64,000 nucleotides of DNA from Candidatus Omnitrophota bacterium (GCA_030681595.1 JAUXSB010000003.1:31207-95206); one strand, 5' to 3'; positions 51,743-61,010 are shown, numbered from the stretch's first letter. Notes: generated by a model from the letters alone, not told the origin. Program-made: numbers and translations.

Positions 51743-53114
51743 CTAAGTCTTGATGTTCTATATCATTAATTCTACTTTTAGCAACAGAATACTTACTTTT
51801 AAAAATATTCATAACTTTTTTGCTGTAAAAAATTTTGGATAAGATAAAATACTGTTTTTTATCCTTAAAATTTGGCCGAAAAATTAAACTGCTGTCTAAA
51901 CAATTTAAATTTCGCTTTAAAAAACTAATTTCTTTTTTAAAGGCCGGATTAAAATCAACGCCAAACAGCTTAAAAAACTTTCTTTTGTTTATCCCTTGAT
52001 AAAGAAACTTAATAATATAATATCTGCTTTCTTCATCCCTGTTCATTTTATAGCCATTATATAACTGGGCTGATTTAAAATAATTATTAATACCGGTTGA
52101 TAAACGGTAACATCTGTTTGCAAACGCATAAGATATCGCGCCGTATCCTAAGCCCAAAATAGATACCTTAAAATCTGGGGACTCAAATAAATTAATCTGC
52201 GGGTTTATTGCTTCCTTTGATAAAGCCGACCCTGCGCGGCCGATGCTTTTATAGCCAGAAAATTTCTCTAAAATATTTCTCTTGATATCAACCATCATCT
52301 TCCTTCTTCTTATGTCGCGTTGCGTAAATTTAAAATTTTTCCTTGAAAATAAGGTATTTTTATCTGGCAAAAAAGGATTAACATGAATAATATCGGGGTG
52401 CAATTTAACAACCATCAATAATGATTTAACGAATGACTGTATTGTCTGCCCCGGTAAGCCAGCCATTAAATCAATATTCAAATACGGAATGCCTATTTCT
52501 CTTGCCTGAGTAAACGCTCGGTAAACTGAATCTCGGGTTTGTTTTCTCGCCATCTTTACCAATACTTTTTTATCCAGTGTTTCTACGCCGATAGTCAGGC
52601 GCTTTAATCCTAGATCCTTAAGTAATCTTAACTTACCGCTATCAAGAGAATTCGGATGCGCATCAATGGCGAATAAAAAATAATCCTCAAAGCAGAACTT
52701 TCCTTTTATGTATTGAATCAAATCTGCAATCTGCTGGTTTCTCAATACAGTCGGCGTGCCTCCTCCTATATATAAAGAACTAAATTTAATGCCCCTGAAT
52801 AGGCTATGAAAAGAATCGATTTCTTTCTTTAAAGCTCCCAGGTAAGTATCAAGCTGAGAGAAACTCGATAGCGGGAAAGAAACACAATTACAATAAACGC
52901 ATTTTGTCTGGCAAAAAGGAATATGTATATAAAGGCATATTTTATTAAGACGGGGGTCTCGCTTTAAATTACGGGCAACGTTTTTCCATGATTTAATAAT
53001 CTCATCCTTGCTAACATTAGACCAAATCAAAGGCGGAGGATATAATACGGGATAACCATCTTCCAAAGAATGCAATGTGATATTTGTAAAAAGCGCATTA
53101 TCCATAATATCCAT
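51720..53114 (-). CDS. HemN/HemW-like radical SAM protein (class-C-like), second copy
   Basis: 464 aa with YIHIPFCQTKCVYCNC signature. Confidence 0.7.
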   Translation of the reverse strand: MDIMDNALFTNITLHSLEDGYPVLYPPPLIWSNVSKDEIIKSWKNVARNLKRDPRLNKICLYIHIPFCQTKCVYCNCVSFPLSSFSQLDTYLGALKKEIDSFHSLFRGIKFSSLYIGGGTPTVLRNQQIADLIQYIKGKFCFEDYFLFAIDAHPNSLDSGKLRLLKDLGLKRLTIGVETLDKKVLVKMARKQTRDSVYRAFTQAREIGIPYLNIDLMAGLPGQTIQSFVKSLLMVVKLHPDIIHVNPFLPDKNTLFSRKNFKFTQRDIRRRKMMVDIKRNILEKFSGYKSIGRAGSALSKEAINPQINLFESPDFKVSILGLGYGAISYAFANRCYRLSTGINNYFKSAQLYNGYKMNRDEESRYYIIKFLYQGINKRKFFKLFGVDFNPAFKKEISFLKRNLNCLDSSLIFRPNFKDKKQYFILSKIFYSKKVMNIFKSKYSVAKSRINDIEHQDLDAYIEEE

Positions 53115-54082
53115 TAATTAATAGACGTGAAATCGTCAACGCCAAAATTATCGATATAATCTTTATATGGCCCGATACAGCTGTTCCTTCTCTTGCAATC
53201 CAGGCATTTATCAATCGGGGGATTTTGAATAATTACCTCCTTAGCATATAAATTGGGGTAAGAATCTAAATTTAAAACTTTTTTATCAAACGCAATACAA
53301 AATGGAAGTTCGGAAGAAGCGTCGTTTAGTTTACCGAATCTCTCCAAAACACAAACCGGAAAACCACGGAGAAATTCTTTTGACTTTTTTAGCTTGAAGA
53401 ATAAATTACGATACGGAACCATTAAATCCTTATAGTTAATGTCCTTGGGAAATGGATGAAATTTAACATGGATGAACCCATCAAAAAAAAATCTTGGGAA
53501 GGCATAATTACAAAACCCGAGAATATCATCTAAAAAACAATAATTTTGCTTTAATACAATGGAATGAAGATTGATATTCAACTCCCTAATCTTATTTAAT
53601 GCGCGTAAAACGCTGACAAGCGCTTCAAATGAACCTTTTTTCCGGACAACTCTGTCATGCACTCTAGCATCGGCGCCATAAATCGGTATATAGAAATTAA
53701 ATTTTAAAGGCAGACGCAAGATATTATCTAATGTATCTTTTTGTCCTAATTTTAACCCGGAAGTATGCAGATTGACTTCTTCATAGCCAAGCTTATGGCT
53801 AAAATTTAAAATTTGCGCTATAAATGGATGTGCCAGAGGCTCATCACCGCTTAAAAATATCTTTTTTAACTTTAGCCGCCTTCCAATGGCTAAAAGCCCT
53901 TTTATCCTAAACAATTCGCTATTAAGGCTATTATTTTTAATTTTACCCGGCTTACCGGGATAATTGGAAGTGCAAAAAATACAGTCATAGTCGCATTTAC
54001 TTGAAATTGGCAGAAGCGCATATTCAATTTTATTTAAAAGGGGCAAATTCTTTGTCACCATAGATTTTAAGGTATTCTTCAA
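53114..54082 (-). CDS. radical SAM protein, island paralog family
   Basis: 322 aa with CDYDCIFC, LSGDEPL, and C-terminal FPVCVL...CLDCKRRNSCIG...FGVDDFTSI. Confidence 0.7.
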   Translation of the reverse strand: MKNTLKSMVTKNLPLLNKIEYALLPISSKCDYDCIFCTSNYPGKPGKIKNNSLNSELFRIKGLLAIGRRLKLKKIFLSGDEPLAHPFIAQILNFSHKLGYEEVNLHTSGLKLGQKDTLDNILRLPLKFNFYIPIYGADARVHDRVVRKKGSFEALVSVLRALNKIRELNINLHSIVLKQNYCFLDDILGFCNYAFPRFFFDGFIHVKFHPFPKDINYKDLMVPYRNLFFKLKKSKEFLRGFPVCVLERFGKLNDASSELPFCIAFDKKVLNLDSYPNLYAKEVIIQNPPIDKCLDCKRRNSCIGPYKDYIDNFGVDDFTSIN

Positions 54083-54977
54083 AGATTCCTCCGCATACAG
54101 AAAATAGCCGGCATTTTATACATTTAGCGATTTTTATTCTCGACATATCAATTATATTGCTGGAAAAATTTGATATTGATTTTCGCGTGCTTATTTCCCT
54201 ATTCCAAAGGCACATTTCTGAGTCATTCTTAAACCTTTTACCTATCCTCATCTCTGGCTCATAAACTTCAAAAGCATACATAAAATTATCCTTGCCTAAA
54301 ATACATAACGGCACGCCCCCGAATCTTAACGGTATCCCGGATTCTTTTGAATATTCTGCCAATTTAAGGATATATTGCTTAAGCTTACTAAAATTTACTA
54401 CTAAATTTTTATAATCGTTTTTCGCATTTCCGCTAGGGACCAAATTTAAGTACCTTACGCAGCGGGGGCTATATTTAGACACGACTTTAAATATATCCAG
54501 CAATGACGCGGCATTATGTTTTGTTATGGTTACATTTACAAGAAATGCTTTTTTATAATATTTCCTAACATTTTTAAAAGCTTTTATCAATATCTTAAAA
54601 CTATTCTTATTGCCGGTATGTAAATTATGCACATATTCATCCGGGCCTTGTATTGAAAGGCACAAATCGTCGATATATTCAAAAGCCCTATTGCAAAAAA
54701 CTTTATCGGTAAACATAACACCATTCGATATAACATAAATTTGATAATTTAGATTTTTTGCGGCATGTAAAATTTCAAGAAACTTAGAATGCAAAGTTGG
54801 TTCTCCTCCCATAAAATGGACTAAACGCGCTCCCCGCTTTTTCTCTTTTTTCAGAACTTTTATTATAAATCCAAACGGGAGTTCACTATTATCAAACCTT
54901 GAATTCTCGCTGCAAAAAATACAGTTATTTGAACATTTATTCGCGATAAATAATTCTATCCTGTTTATTTTAAACAT
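54030..54977 (-). CDS. radical SAM protein, island paralog family
   Basis: 315 aa with CSNNCIFC, FMGGEPT, SIQGPDEYVHNLHT, and C-terminal VPLCILG...CIKCRLFSVCGG...YGDKEFAPFK. Confidence 0.75.
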   Translation of the reverse strand: MFKINRIELFIANKCSNNCIFCSENSRFDNSELPFGFIIKVLKKEKKRGARLVHFMGGEPTLHSKFLEILHAAKNLNYQIYVISNGVMFTDKVFCNRAFEYIDDLCLSIQGPDEYVHNLHTGNKNSFKILIKAFKNVRKYYKKAFLVNVTITKHNAASLLDIFKVVSKYSPRCVRYLNLVPSGNAKNDYKNLVVNFSKLKQYILKLAEYSKESGIPLRFGGVPLCILGKDNFMYAFEVYEPEMRIGKRFKNDSEMCLWNREISTRKSISNFSSNIIDMSRIKIAKCIKCRLFSVCGGIFEEYLKIYGDKEFAPFK

Positions 54978-55977
54978 ATGATTTATGTTTTATGGAAAAA
55001 TGCAGGTCTGCCTTATAATTCATGCCCTGATTTCGTTTCCTGTCCGTACTGATAATGCATGGATACATAACAAAATCATTTTTATCGCAAATTTTAATAA
55101 GATCTTCAATCGCGTTAAGATGAGATCTTAAATTCCAGCATTTCAAAAAATTAAAAATCTCTTTGTACGAGCTACTGAAATCGGAAATATTGTTTTCGTA
55201 AATTTTTAATATTTTTAACGGAATAAGGTGGCCGCCCTTATCAAAACGGTATGCGATTTGGTAAAAAGCGGACTTTTCTTTTGTGAATTTTTCAAAGAAA
55301 TTTTCAAAATAAGCATACTGCCGCCAAGTAAGCAGGTCTCTATACCTGCCTAAACTCAAATGCTTTGAATAATTGTATATTTTAATGCTGTATGTTGAAT
55401 CGCAAAAAAAATCTATCCCAATAACACTTATTAAATAATCTTTTAAGGCAGTAATAATATCTTCGCCATTAAAATTTATAATTTTACTAATAGTTGAAAT
55501 TTTGTTAAGCCTGCTCTTTTGAGAATCAGAAATGAGTAATTCTTCTAAGTATATTTTTAATCTTGGGTATGAGCCTATAGGCCAATCCATGCCGAATGTG
55601 GTCTGATGTTTATCCCTAACTTTTATCGCATTGAAAATCTCTTTAAGCTTGAGTGTGTTGTAGCGTGTTTTATAATTATAATTCAATACGTTAAAAGCAT
55701 TAATTATTTTTTTATCAAATGATTGTTTTTCATTATAATTGTTGTAGGTAAACCTAAAATTTGAAATATGGTCATACCCTTTGATTAAAGAAAAGGAAAA
55801 GTCAAATTTAAAATGCGCCGGGACATCTCTATGGTTGGAATGTTTTATTATCGAATCTTTTACTGCGCTTACAACTTTTTTATTAATGCTACCGCCTATC
55901 TCGCCTAACAGATAGCCTATAATATTCGAGATGGATAAAAAAAATAAACGATTTCTATTTATTGCGCTATCGCCCAT
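54970..55977 (-). CDS. hypothetical protein (non-rSAM) embedded between rSAM genes
   Basis: 335 aa, Asn/Tyr/Phe-rich, no recognisable motif; overlaps both neighbours by 8-11 nt. Confidence 0.3.
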   Translation of the reverse strand: MGDSAINRNRLFFLSISNIIGYLLGEIGGSINKKVVSAVKDSIIKHSNHRDVPAHFKFDFSFSLIKGYDHISNFRFTYNNYNEKQSFDKKIINAFNVLNYNYKTRYNTLKLKEIFNAIKVRDKHQTTFGMDWPIGSYPRLKIYLEELLISDSQKSRLNKISTISKIINFNGEDIITALKDYLISVIGIDFFCDSTYSIKIYNYSKHLSLGRYRDLLTWRQYAYFENFFEKFTKEKSAFYQIAYRFDKGGHLIPLKILKIYENNISDFSSSYKEIFNFLKCWNLRSHLNAIEDLIKICDKNDFVMYPCIISTDRKRNQGMNYKADLHFSIKHKSYV

Positions 55978-56872
55978 ATTTTTTTAGGACAGGGACAAAT
56001 TCTGACCAGCCAAATTTTTCAGGATACTCTTTCCACGGCCCTTCACAAATTTTATAATGATAGCAATGCCTGCAAGACAAATTCTTCGCTTTTCCTTCTT
56101 TTTTACGTACTTTCGTAAAATCATCGATAACCTTTCCAAGGTCATAAATTATTGTTTCGGGTATAATCTTTTCAGCGATATAATCTTCATAGCCTTGCAT
56201 GAAACAATAAGGTATTGCTTCTGTCATGACTTTTTTATTAGCCTTGATACCTATACCCAAACCTTCCTTAACATAGGGCATAACCATTGAAATTCTCGGC
56301 ACAACAGAATAAAAATTATCGCCTGCCGAACCGGCAGCATGGACAAATGCAAATTGAAATTGGTCAACGCCAAGTTTTACCAAAAGCTCAGCGATTTGCG
56401 CTAGATGCCTATAATTAGGTTTAGTAATAACCGTGTTAGTGATTACAGTTTGATTTCGTTGTTTTAAATTTATTATTCCCGCGACAGTCTCGTTAAAGCT
56501 GCCGGCAGAAGAAGTCAAATAATCATGGACTTGGGCGATATGCCCATGGAGTGCCGGAGAAAATTCATTCGCCCCTGCGGCAATAATTTCATCGCAAAAC
56601 TTTTTATAATAGAATATCCTGCCGTTAGTTTGTATTTGGATAATTTTAAATTTCAATCTTTTGGCATGGCCAACCAAATCTAAAATATCGCTTCGTATTG
56701 TAGGCTCGCCTCCGGTAAAAACAACCCCATCGCAGTCTCGCCTGGCATCCTCTAAAATCTTCTTTATAGCAAGAGTATCTTTATCGCTTTGCAGGTGTCT
56801 CTTCTTGCCCTGGACGCAAAACCGGCAATGGTTATTGCAAGCAAATCCGATTTTAATATCAACTCTTTTCAT
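55967..56872 (-). CDS. radical SAM protein, island paralog family (close paralog of 39763-40650)
   Basis: 301 aa with CNNHCRFCVQGKKR, FTGGEPT, ALHGHIAQVHDYLT, and C-terminal IPYCFMQ...CRHCYHYKICEGPWKEYPEKFGWSEFVPV. Confidence 0.75.
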   Translation of the reverse strand: MKRVDIKIGFACNNHCRFCVQGKKRHLQSDKDTLAIKKILEDARRDCDGVVFTGGEPTIRSDILDLVGHAKRLKFKIIQIQTNGRIFYYKKFCDEIIAAGANEFSPALHGHIAQVHDYLTSSAGSFNETVAGIINLKQRNQTVITNTVITKPNYRHLAQIAELLVKLGVDQFQFAFVHAAGSAGDNFYSVVPRISMVMPYVKEGLGIGIKANKKVMTEAIPYCFMQGYEDYIAEKIIPETIIYDLGKVIDDFTKVRKKEGKAKNLSCRHCYHYKICEGPWKEYPEKFGWSEFVPVLKKYGR

Positions 56873-57842
56873 TTTTAAGGTAGCGCACGAAAGATGTTAA
56901 AACTTTATCTACTGCCATTGTAGAATCAAAAATCGGCTTAGAGACGCCCTCTTTAATTATTTGCCTAATATTTGCCAAACCGGGAAAATGAGTTTTTATA
57001 AAAGGAAGGCTTCTAACGGACCCGATCTTAAGTTGTTTTCTAAAAGGGGCGAAATATTTAGCCAAAAATAAATTATTTGTGAAAATGTCGCCATTACAGT
57101 CAACGACTAAACCGGCGTTAAATAAAGGAACGGTATTCGTAAAGTCTAAATTCCTAATATAGATATCCATTTTATTTCTGTTCCCTAGTATAAATCTTGC
57201 GATTTTATAAAAATTATTTTTCAACAATTTTATTTTATTTTTATCCCAATAAATAAAATAAGCCGGCAAAAAGTTAAAACGATTAAAACCCAGCTTCAGG
57301 ACATAGATAAAATTATTATAAAATACCTCTGCGGTATTGGGCGCAATAACCATATTTATAGTTACGCGGCCCGGATAAGAAGAAAAGAGTTTGTGTCTAT
57401 TTAAAATTATTGTATCAAACGATTCTTTTTTATTCTTTGTAATCCTATTGCGTAATTGGGTATCTCGATCGCCATCTAAACTTATAATTAATTCTATATC
57501 CCTGTTTGTCTTTAAAAAATCTATGATTTTATTGTTTAATAACGACCCGTTGGTCGTCAGTTGAAATTGAATTTTTTTATGCAAAATTTCCGCTTTTTTT
57601 CTTGCGAATATTATAATATCCCTTAGCAAAGCAAAATTCATTAATGGCTCGCCGCCGGAAAATTTGATTAAACAATTATCGGGCGCGATTTTCAAAAAAA
57701 AATCTACGGATATTATGGCGATATCATAATTTATCTTTGAAAAATCACGTATGGTTGGACAATACCGGCACTGGAAATTACAGCGATGGTTTATTATAAT
57801 TATTAGTTGCGGGGGGAGCGAATTAATATTACCATTGGCCAT
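56859..57842 (-). CDS. radical SAM protein adjacent to the His-Xaa-Ser precursor (HxsB/HxsC-like partner)
   Basis: INHRCNFQCRYC. I moved the start to ATG 57842 (MANGNINSLPP...), overlapping the last 4 codons of the precursor. The track N-terminal extension MAPMAPMAP is the alternate frame of the precursor's 9-bp DNA repeat. Confidence 0.6.
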   Translation of the reverse strand: MANGNINSLPPQLIIIINHRCNFQCRYCPTIRDFSKINYDIAIISVDFFLKIAPDNCLIKFSGGEPLMNFALLRDIIIFARKKAEILHKKIQFQLTTNGSLLNNKIIDFLKTNRDIELIISLDGDRDTQLRNRITKNKKESFDTIILNRHKLFSSYPGRVTINMVIAPNTAEVFYNNFIYVLKLGFNRFNFLPAYFIYWDKNKIKLLKNNFYKIARFILGNRNKMDIYIRNLDFTNTVPLFNAGLVVDCNGDIFTNNLFLAKYFAPFRKQLKIGSVRSLPFIKTHFPGLANIRQIIKEGVSKPIFDSTMAVDKVLTSFVRYLKNEKS

Positions 57843-58125
57843 GAGAACCATGGGAACTATGGGAGCCATGGGAGCCATGGGAGCCATGCGGAGTGCCCGA
57901 ATTATGCCCTCCTCTGCCGGCTGTAACAAGAGCATTAGCATGGTTATTATGCGAAGCATGGCTGGCAGCCTGGGCAGAATCAGGCTTAAACATCGCGGAT
58001 AAAACAGCTAAAGATATCCCTATCTTAGCGATATCCTTTTTGCTAATTTTACCTTCTTCTCTTAAAAGGAAATCTTTTATTTGCTTCTTGATCCGCGGTA
58101 ACCTACTTTCGTTTTTTTCTTTCAT
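57829..58125 (-). CDS. His-Xaa-Ser repeat precursor protein (HxsA-like)
   Basis: 98 aa. Charged N-region, hydrophobic IAKIGISLAVLSAMF, AQA-AS signal-peptidase-like site, then a His-rich core ASHASHNNHANALVTAGRGGHNSGTPHGSHGSHGSHSSHGSHGQW. G-rich SD 4 nt before the ATG. It is encoded by a ccatgggag tandem DNA repeat. Confidence 0.6.
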   Translation of the reverse strand: MKEKNESRLPRIKKQIKDFLLREEGKISKKDIAKIGISLAVLSAMFKPDSAQAASHASHNNHANALVTAGRGGHNSGTPHGSHGSHGSHSSHGSHGQW

Positions 58126-58154
58126 CGTACCCCCCCCTTGCTTATAGCTAGAAA

Positions 58155-58895
58155 CTACTCTACCGGCTGTCTATCGGCTTCTTTAGAAAAACTATCTTTT
58201 GAAGCTGGATAATACTGTTCAAAGAAATTTCTAAAACTTTTGCATTTCTTGCAAACACTCTCATCCCGTGATACGCTGCCTTTACATAACATGCTAAGGT
58301 ATTCATCGCTTATCTCATTACACTTATTAACATCATTAGTTTCCAACGCCTGTATATAATAAACCCTACCGGTGCACTTCTTATCCCCTTTACTGCAATA
58401 CTTAGGGTCTCTAAGCCTAAGCGCCATACAGTCATTTTTCTGGTCCTTACTTATTGAATTATCACACGCAGCAACATCTTGAGCAAAAAAACTGTCCGCT
58501 ACTTTACGGCAATCTACGGCAGTTGGTTTACCTTCCTGTTTCTGGCAGGCCTCCATAAACTTCTGGGTAACAGAACCCATCACAACCAGTTCGCTAAAAA
58601 ATCTGTGGAAACCATAGAAATTACGCCTACATAAATTAGCTTCATCTTTCGATAAATTATTGCATACACTTACGTTATCTCTAGCGGCTGCTAAACACGT
58701 CAGATATGTATCTAAAAAACCCTGCCTTTTCGAATAACCTTCAAATATAACTTTACTTAAATTGTCTATATTAAAATCATTGATTGCTTGTTCCTTGGCA
58801 TTATCTTCGGCCAAAGCATTACAATTATTAAACCCAACTAAAAAGCATCCACCCAACAAAGCTATTACTAAAAACCTGAATATGAAAGTTTTCAT
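58155..58895 (-). CDS. secreted Cys-rich lipoprotein-like protein
   Basis: Start taken at ATG 58895, which overlaps the upstream gene stop as ATGA. MKTFIFRFLVIALLGGC lipobox-like signal. About 18 Cys residues scattered through the mature part. Confidence 0.45.
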   Translation of the reverse strand: MKTFIFRFLVIALLGGCFLVGFNNCNALAEDNAKEQAINDFNIDNLSKVIFEGYSKRQGFLDTYLTCLAAARDNVSVCNNLSKDEANLCRRNFYGFHRFFSELVVMGSVTQKFMEACQKQEGKPTAVDCRKVADSFFAQDVAACDNSISKDQKNDCMALRLRDPKYCSKGDKKCTGRVYYIQALETNDVNKCNEISDEYLSMLCKGSVSRDESVCKKCKSFRNFFEQYYPASKDSFSKEADRQPVE

Positions 58896-60361
58896 AGCGC
58901 CGCCTTTCCTTTCGTGCAATCTTTTACCCAGCGTTCAAATATATTCTTATATTGACTATTCTGTAATTTTTCAAAGAGATAGTCCAAAATCGCGCCGTTA
59001 ATCTTACATCTTCCATTAAAAGGCTGAAATATATTTTTGCTTTCCGTATAATTTAATAAAGGGCACACACCGCAATATGGTTTATAGACACATTGGCTGC
59101 ACTCAGGGATATTATCTAAACAGGAGCTTATACACATCGCCTTAACAGTTGGATGCTCAATTATATTTTTATATGTGTCGGTTTTTACGTTTCCGACCTT
59201 AAATGATTCATCTCCTAGCCTGCTAAGCATCCTGCCTTCGTCGCATGTGTAGATATCACCGTTATAATTATAAGCTACTTGGCCGATACCGGCGCCGCAA
59301 GGAGAGCGCATATCCATATAGCCGGGGTCATAATCAGTAAGTATTTTATATAGGAATATGAACGCCGTCCTCTCGTAAAAATTGCTTCCTTTTAAATTTA
59401 ACTCTAAGATATAATCCAGGGATTCTTTATAAAACTCAATAAATTCTCCCCACGAATACGCGAGGCTATCCGCCTTGGGCGCCAATGCAAATGTGGACAA
59501 GGGACGTAAATGGATACAATCTAATCCACCCTTTATATACTCATCAATAATCTCTTTGGAATGGCCGAAACAACGATTGGTCACCGTCAATAATGCATTT
59601 GGGCGGTGCTTAAAACCCGTTTTTTCAAATTCTATTTTTATCTTCCTAAGCCACTTTACGGTATTGCGGTAGCTATTGATATTCTTATTAAGGCTTACGC
59701 GATTTCTATTATGTATATGTTCCGGGCCATCAAGCGATGTACAAATACTTACGTCATTTTTTATTAAAAATTTTAATATCTCATCTGTTAAACAACTCAA
59801 ATTAGAAACAAGAGAAAGCGTTAATTTTTTTTCTTTATTCTTATTTTTTTTCTTGGCATATTCAATTATAAATTTTACTGTATTAAAATTAAGTAACGGC
59901 TCTCCTCCTTGAAATTCGATAGTAATTTCGGGGGCCGGAAATTCAAAAATTTTATCAACAACAGACTTGGCTGTCGGGATATCCATATCTAAACCGGCCG
60001 TCTTAATGCCTCCGGAGTTAGCTTGACAATAGGCGCATTTGTGGTCGCATCTTAATGTTACCACTATTATATGCAAGCTAGTCCCTCGAGATAAAAAATC
60101 GTGCTTGTTTGCATATTTGGCAATTAACTTATCAAAATCTAATTTATTACGCACAAAACTTTTGTTTATAAGCTCATCGTATTTAACCTCATCCTGCTTC
60201 ATAATCTCGTTAATCTCTCCCTTTATGAAGCTATTAAACCAGCCCGGTTTTAAAAAACAGTATTCTCCTACATCATTAGTGACAAGATAGCTGCCGTTAA
60301 ACCTCTTGAAACGAAAGTATGAAACCGCTTTCTTGTCAATCAAATTTACATCTATAGCCAT
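58892..60361 (-). CDS. radical SAM/SPASM-domain maturase (HxsB-like)
   Basis: 489 aa with VVTLRCDHKCAYC rSAM motif and a C-terminal SPASM-type Cys cluster CGAG...YTCDEG...CISSCLDNIPECSQCVYKPYCGVCP. Confidence 0.65.
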   Translation of the reverse strand: MAIDVNLIDKKAVSYFRFKRFNGSYLVTNDVGEYCFLKPGWFNSFIKGEINEIMKQDEVKYDELINKSFVRNKLDFDKLIAKYANKHDFLSRGTSLHIIVVTLRCDHKCAYCQANSGGIKTAGLDMDIPTAKSVVDKIFEFPAPEITIEFQGGEPLLNFNTVKFIIEYAKKKNKNKEKKLTLSLVSNLSCLTDEILKFLIKNDVSICTSLDGPEHIHNRNRVSLNKNINSYRNTVKWLRKIKIEFEKTGFKHRPNALLTVTNRCFGHSKEIIDEYIKGGLDCIHLRPLSTFALAPKADSLAYSWGEFIEFYKESLDYILELNLKGSNFYERTAFIFLYKILTDYDPGYMDMRSPCGAGIGQVAYNYNGDIYTCDEGRMLSRLGDESFKVGNVKTDTYKNIIEHPTVKAMCISSCLDNIPECSQCVYKPYCGVCPLLNYTESKNIFQPFNGRCKINGAILDYLFEKLQNSQYKNIFERWVKDCTKGKAAL

Positions 60362-60561
60362 TCTTTATTACTCCATAAGGCATAATTGGCAAACTCGTCA
60401 ACAAATACTTTTTTAAAATCTTGATCAATATCATTTATTTCTACCTGCGTATAGTTTTTAGTATTTTTAATTATAAATTTCGCCAAATGGGCATAAGCCG
60501 AAACTGCCGCTTTAACCGCCCTCCTATTATATAATTTATTATTAAACTTTAGATTCCACAT
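60352..60561 (-). CDS. small protein coupled to the SPASM maturase (possible HxsD-like)
   Basis: 69 aa, overlapping both neighbours by 10-20 nt; DEFANYALW motif. The HxsD assignment is from memory of that family only. Confidence 0.25.
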   Translation of the reverse strand: MWNLKFNNKLYNRRAVKAAVSAYAHLAKFIIKNTKNYTQVEINDIDQDFKKVFVDEFANYALWSNKEWL

Positions 60562-60967
60562 TATCTTTTTTTACTTTTTTATTTTTACCGTATTTATCTT
60601 CCCAGGGCACAGCTATCCCAAGCGGATCATCGCGATAATCCAGCTTTTCATCAGAAGAAAACAAATCAAAATTTGAATCCGGCGGAGTAGAGTATAGGGC
60701 ACGGGCAACAACATATTCGCGTATCTTCTTATTATTTTTACTTACTATACACCTTAAAGCAGAATATAATAGTTCATTCATAAAGCTATCTTTCAGTAAC
60801 TCTATTTGCCTATCGGAAAGTTTCTTTTTGGGCTTAAGCGAAACTACCACCTTCTCGTCTTTACCGGCATCTAAATCCAGAAAAAAATAAATAGAATCAA
60901 TAAAAAGATAACACGTGCTTAAAATGGCTTCTAACGGATATATTTTGGTTCTTAGTTCTATTTTCAT
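60542..60967 (-). CDS. hypothetical protein
   Basis: 141 aa ORF translationally coupled to the downstream gene. Confidence 0.3.
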   Translation of the reverse strand: MKIELRTKIYPLEAILSTCYLFIDSIYFFLDLDAGKDEKVVVSLKPKKKLSDRQIELLKDSFMNELLYSALRCIVSKNNKKIREYVVARALYSTPPDSNFDLFSSDEKLDYRDDPLGIAVPWEDKYGKNKKVKKDNVESKV

Positions 60968-61010
60968 GCCTCACCTTTTTTAAAAAGCTAATCTGGATAT
61001 CACTACAATA

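Noticed and set aside
57842-57959. N-terminal extension MLRIITMLMLLLQPAEEG...MAPMAPMAPIVPM on the rSAM ORF 56859-57959
   Set aside because: This is the alternate frame of the ccatgggag repeat that encodes the His-Xaa-Ser core of the overlapping precursor. A plausible rSAM start (ATG 57842) lies just after the precursor stop, so the extension is treated as non-coding for the rSAM.
57751-58147. Plus-strand ORFs 57751-58002 and 57893-58147 opposite the precursor and rSAM start
   Set aside because: Antisense to a tightly packed minus-strand operon. The MGAMGAMGAM translation is just the repeat read on the other strand.
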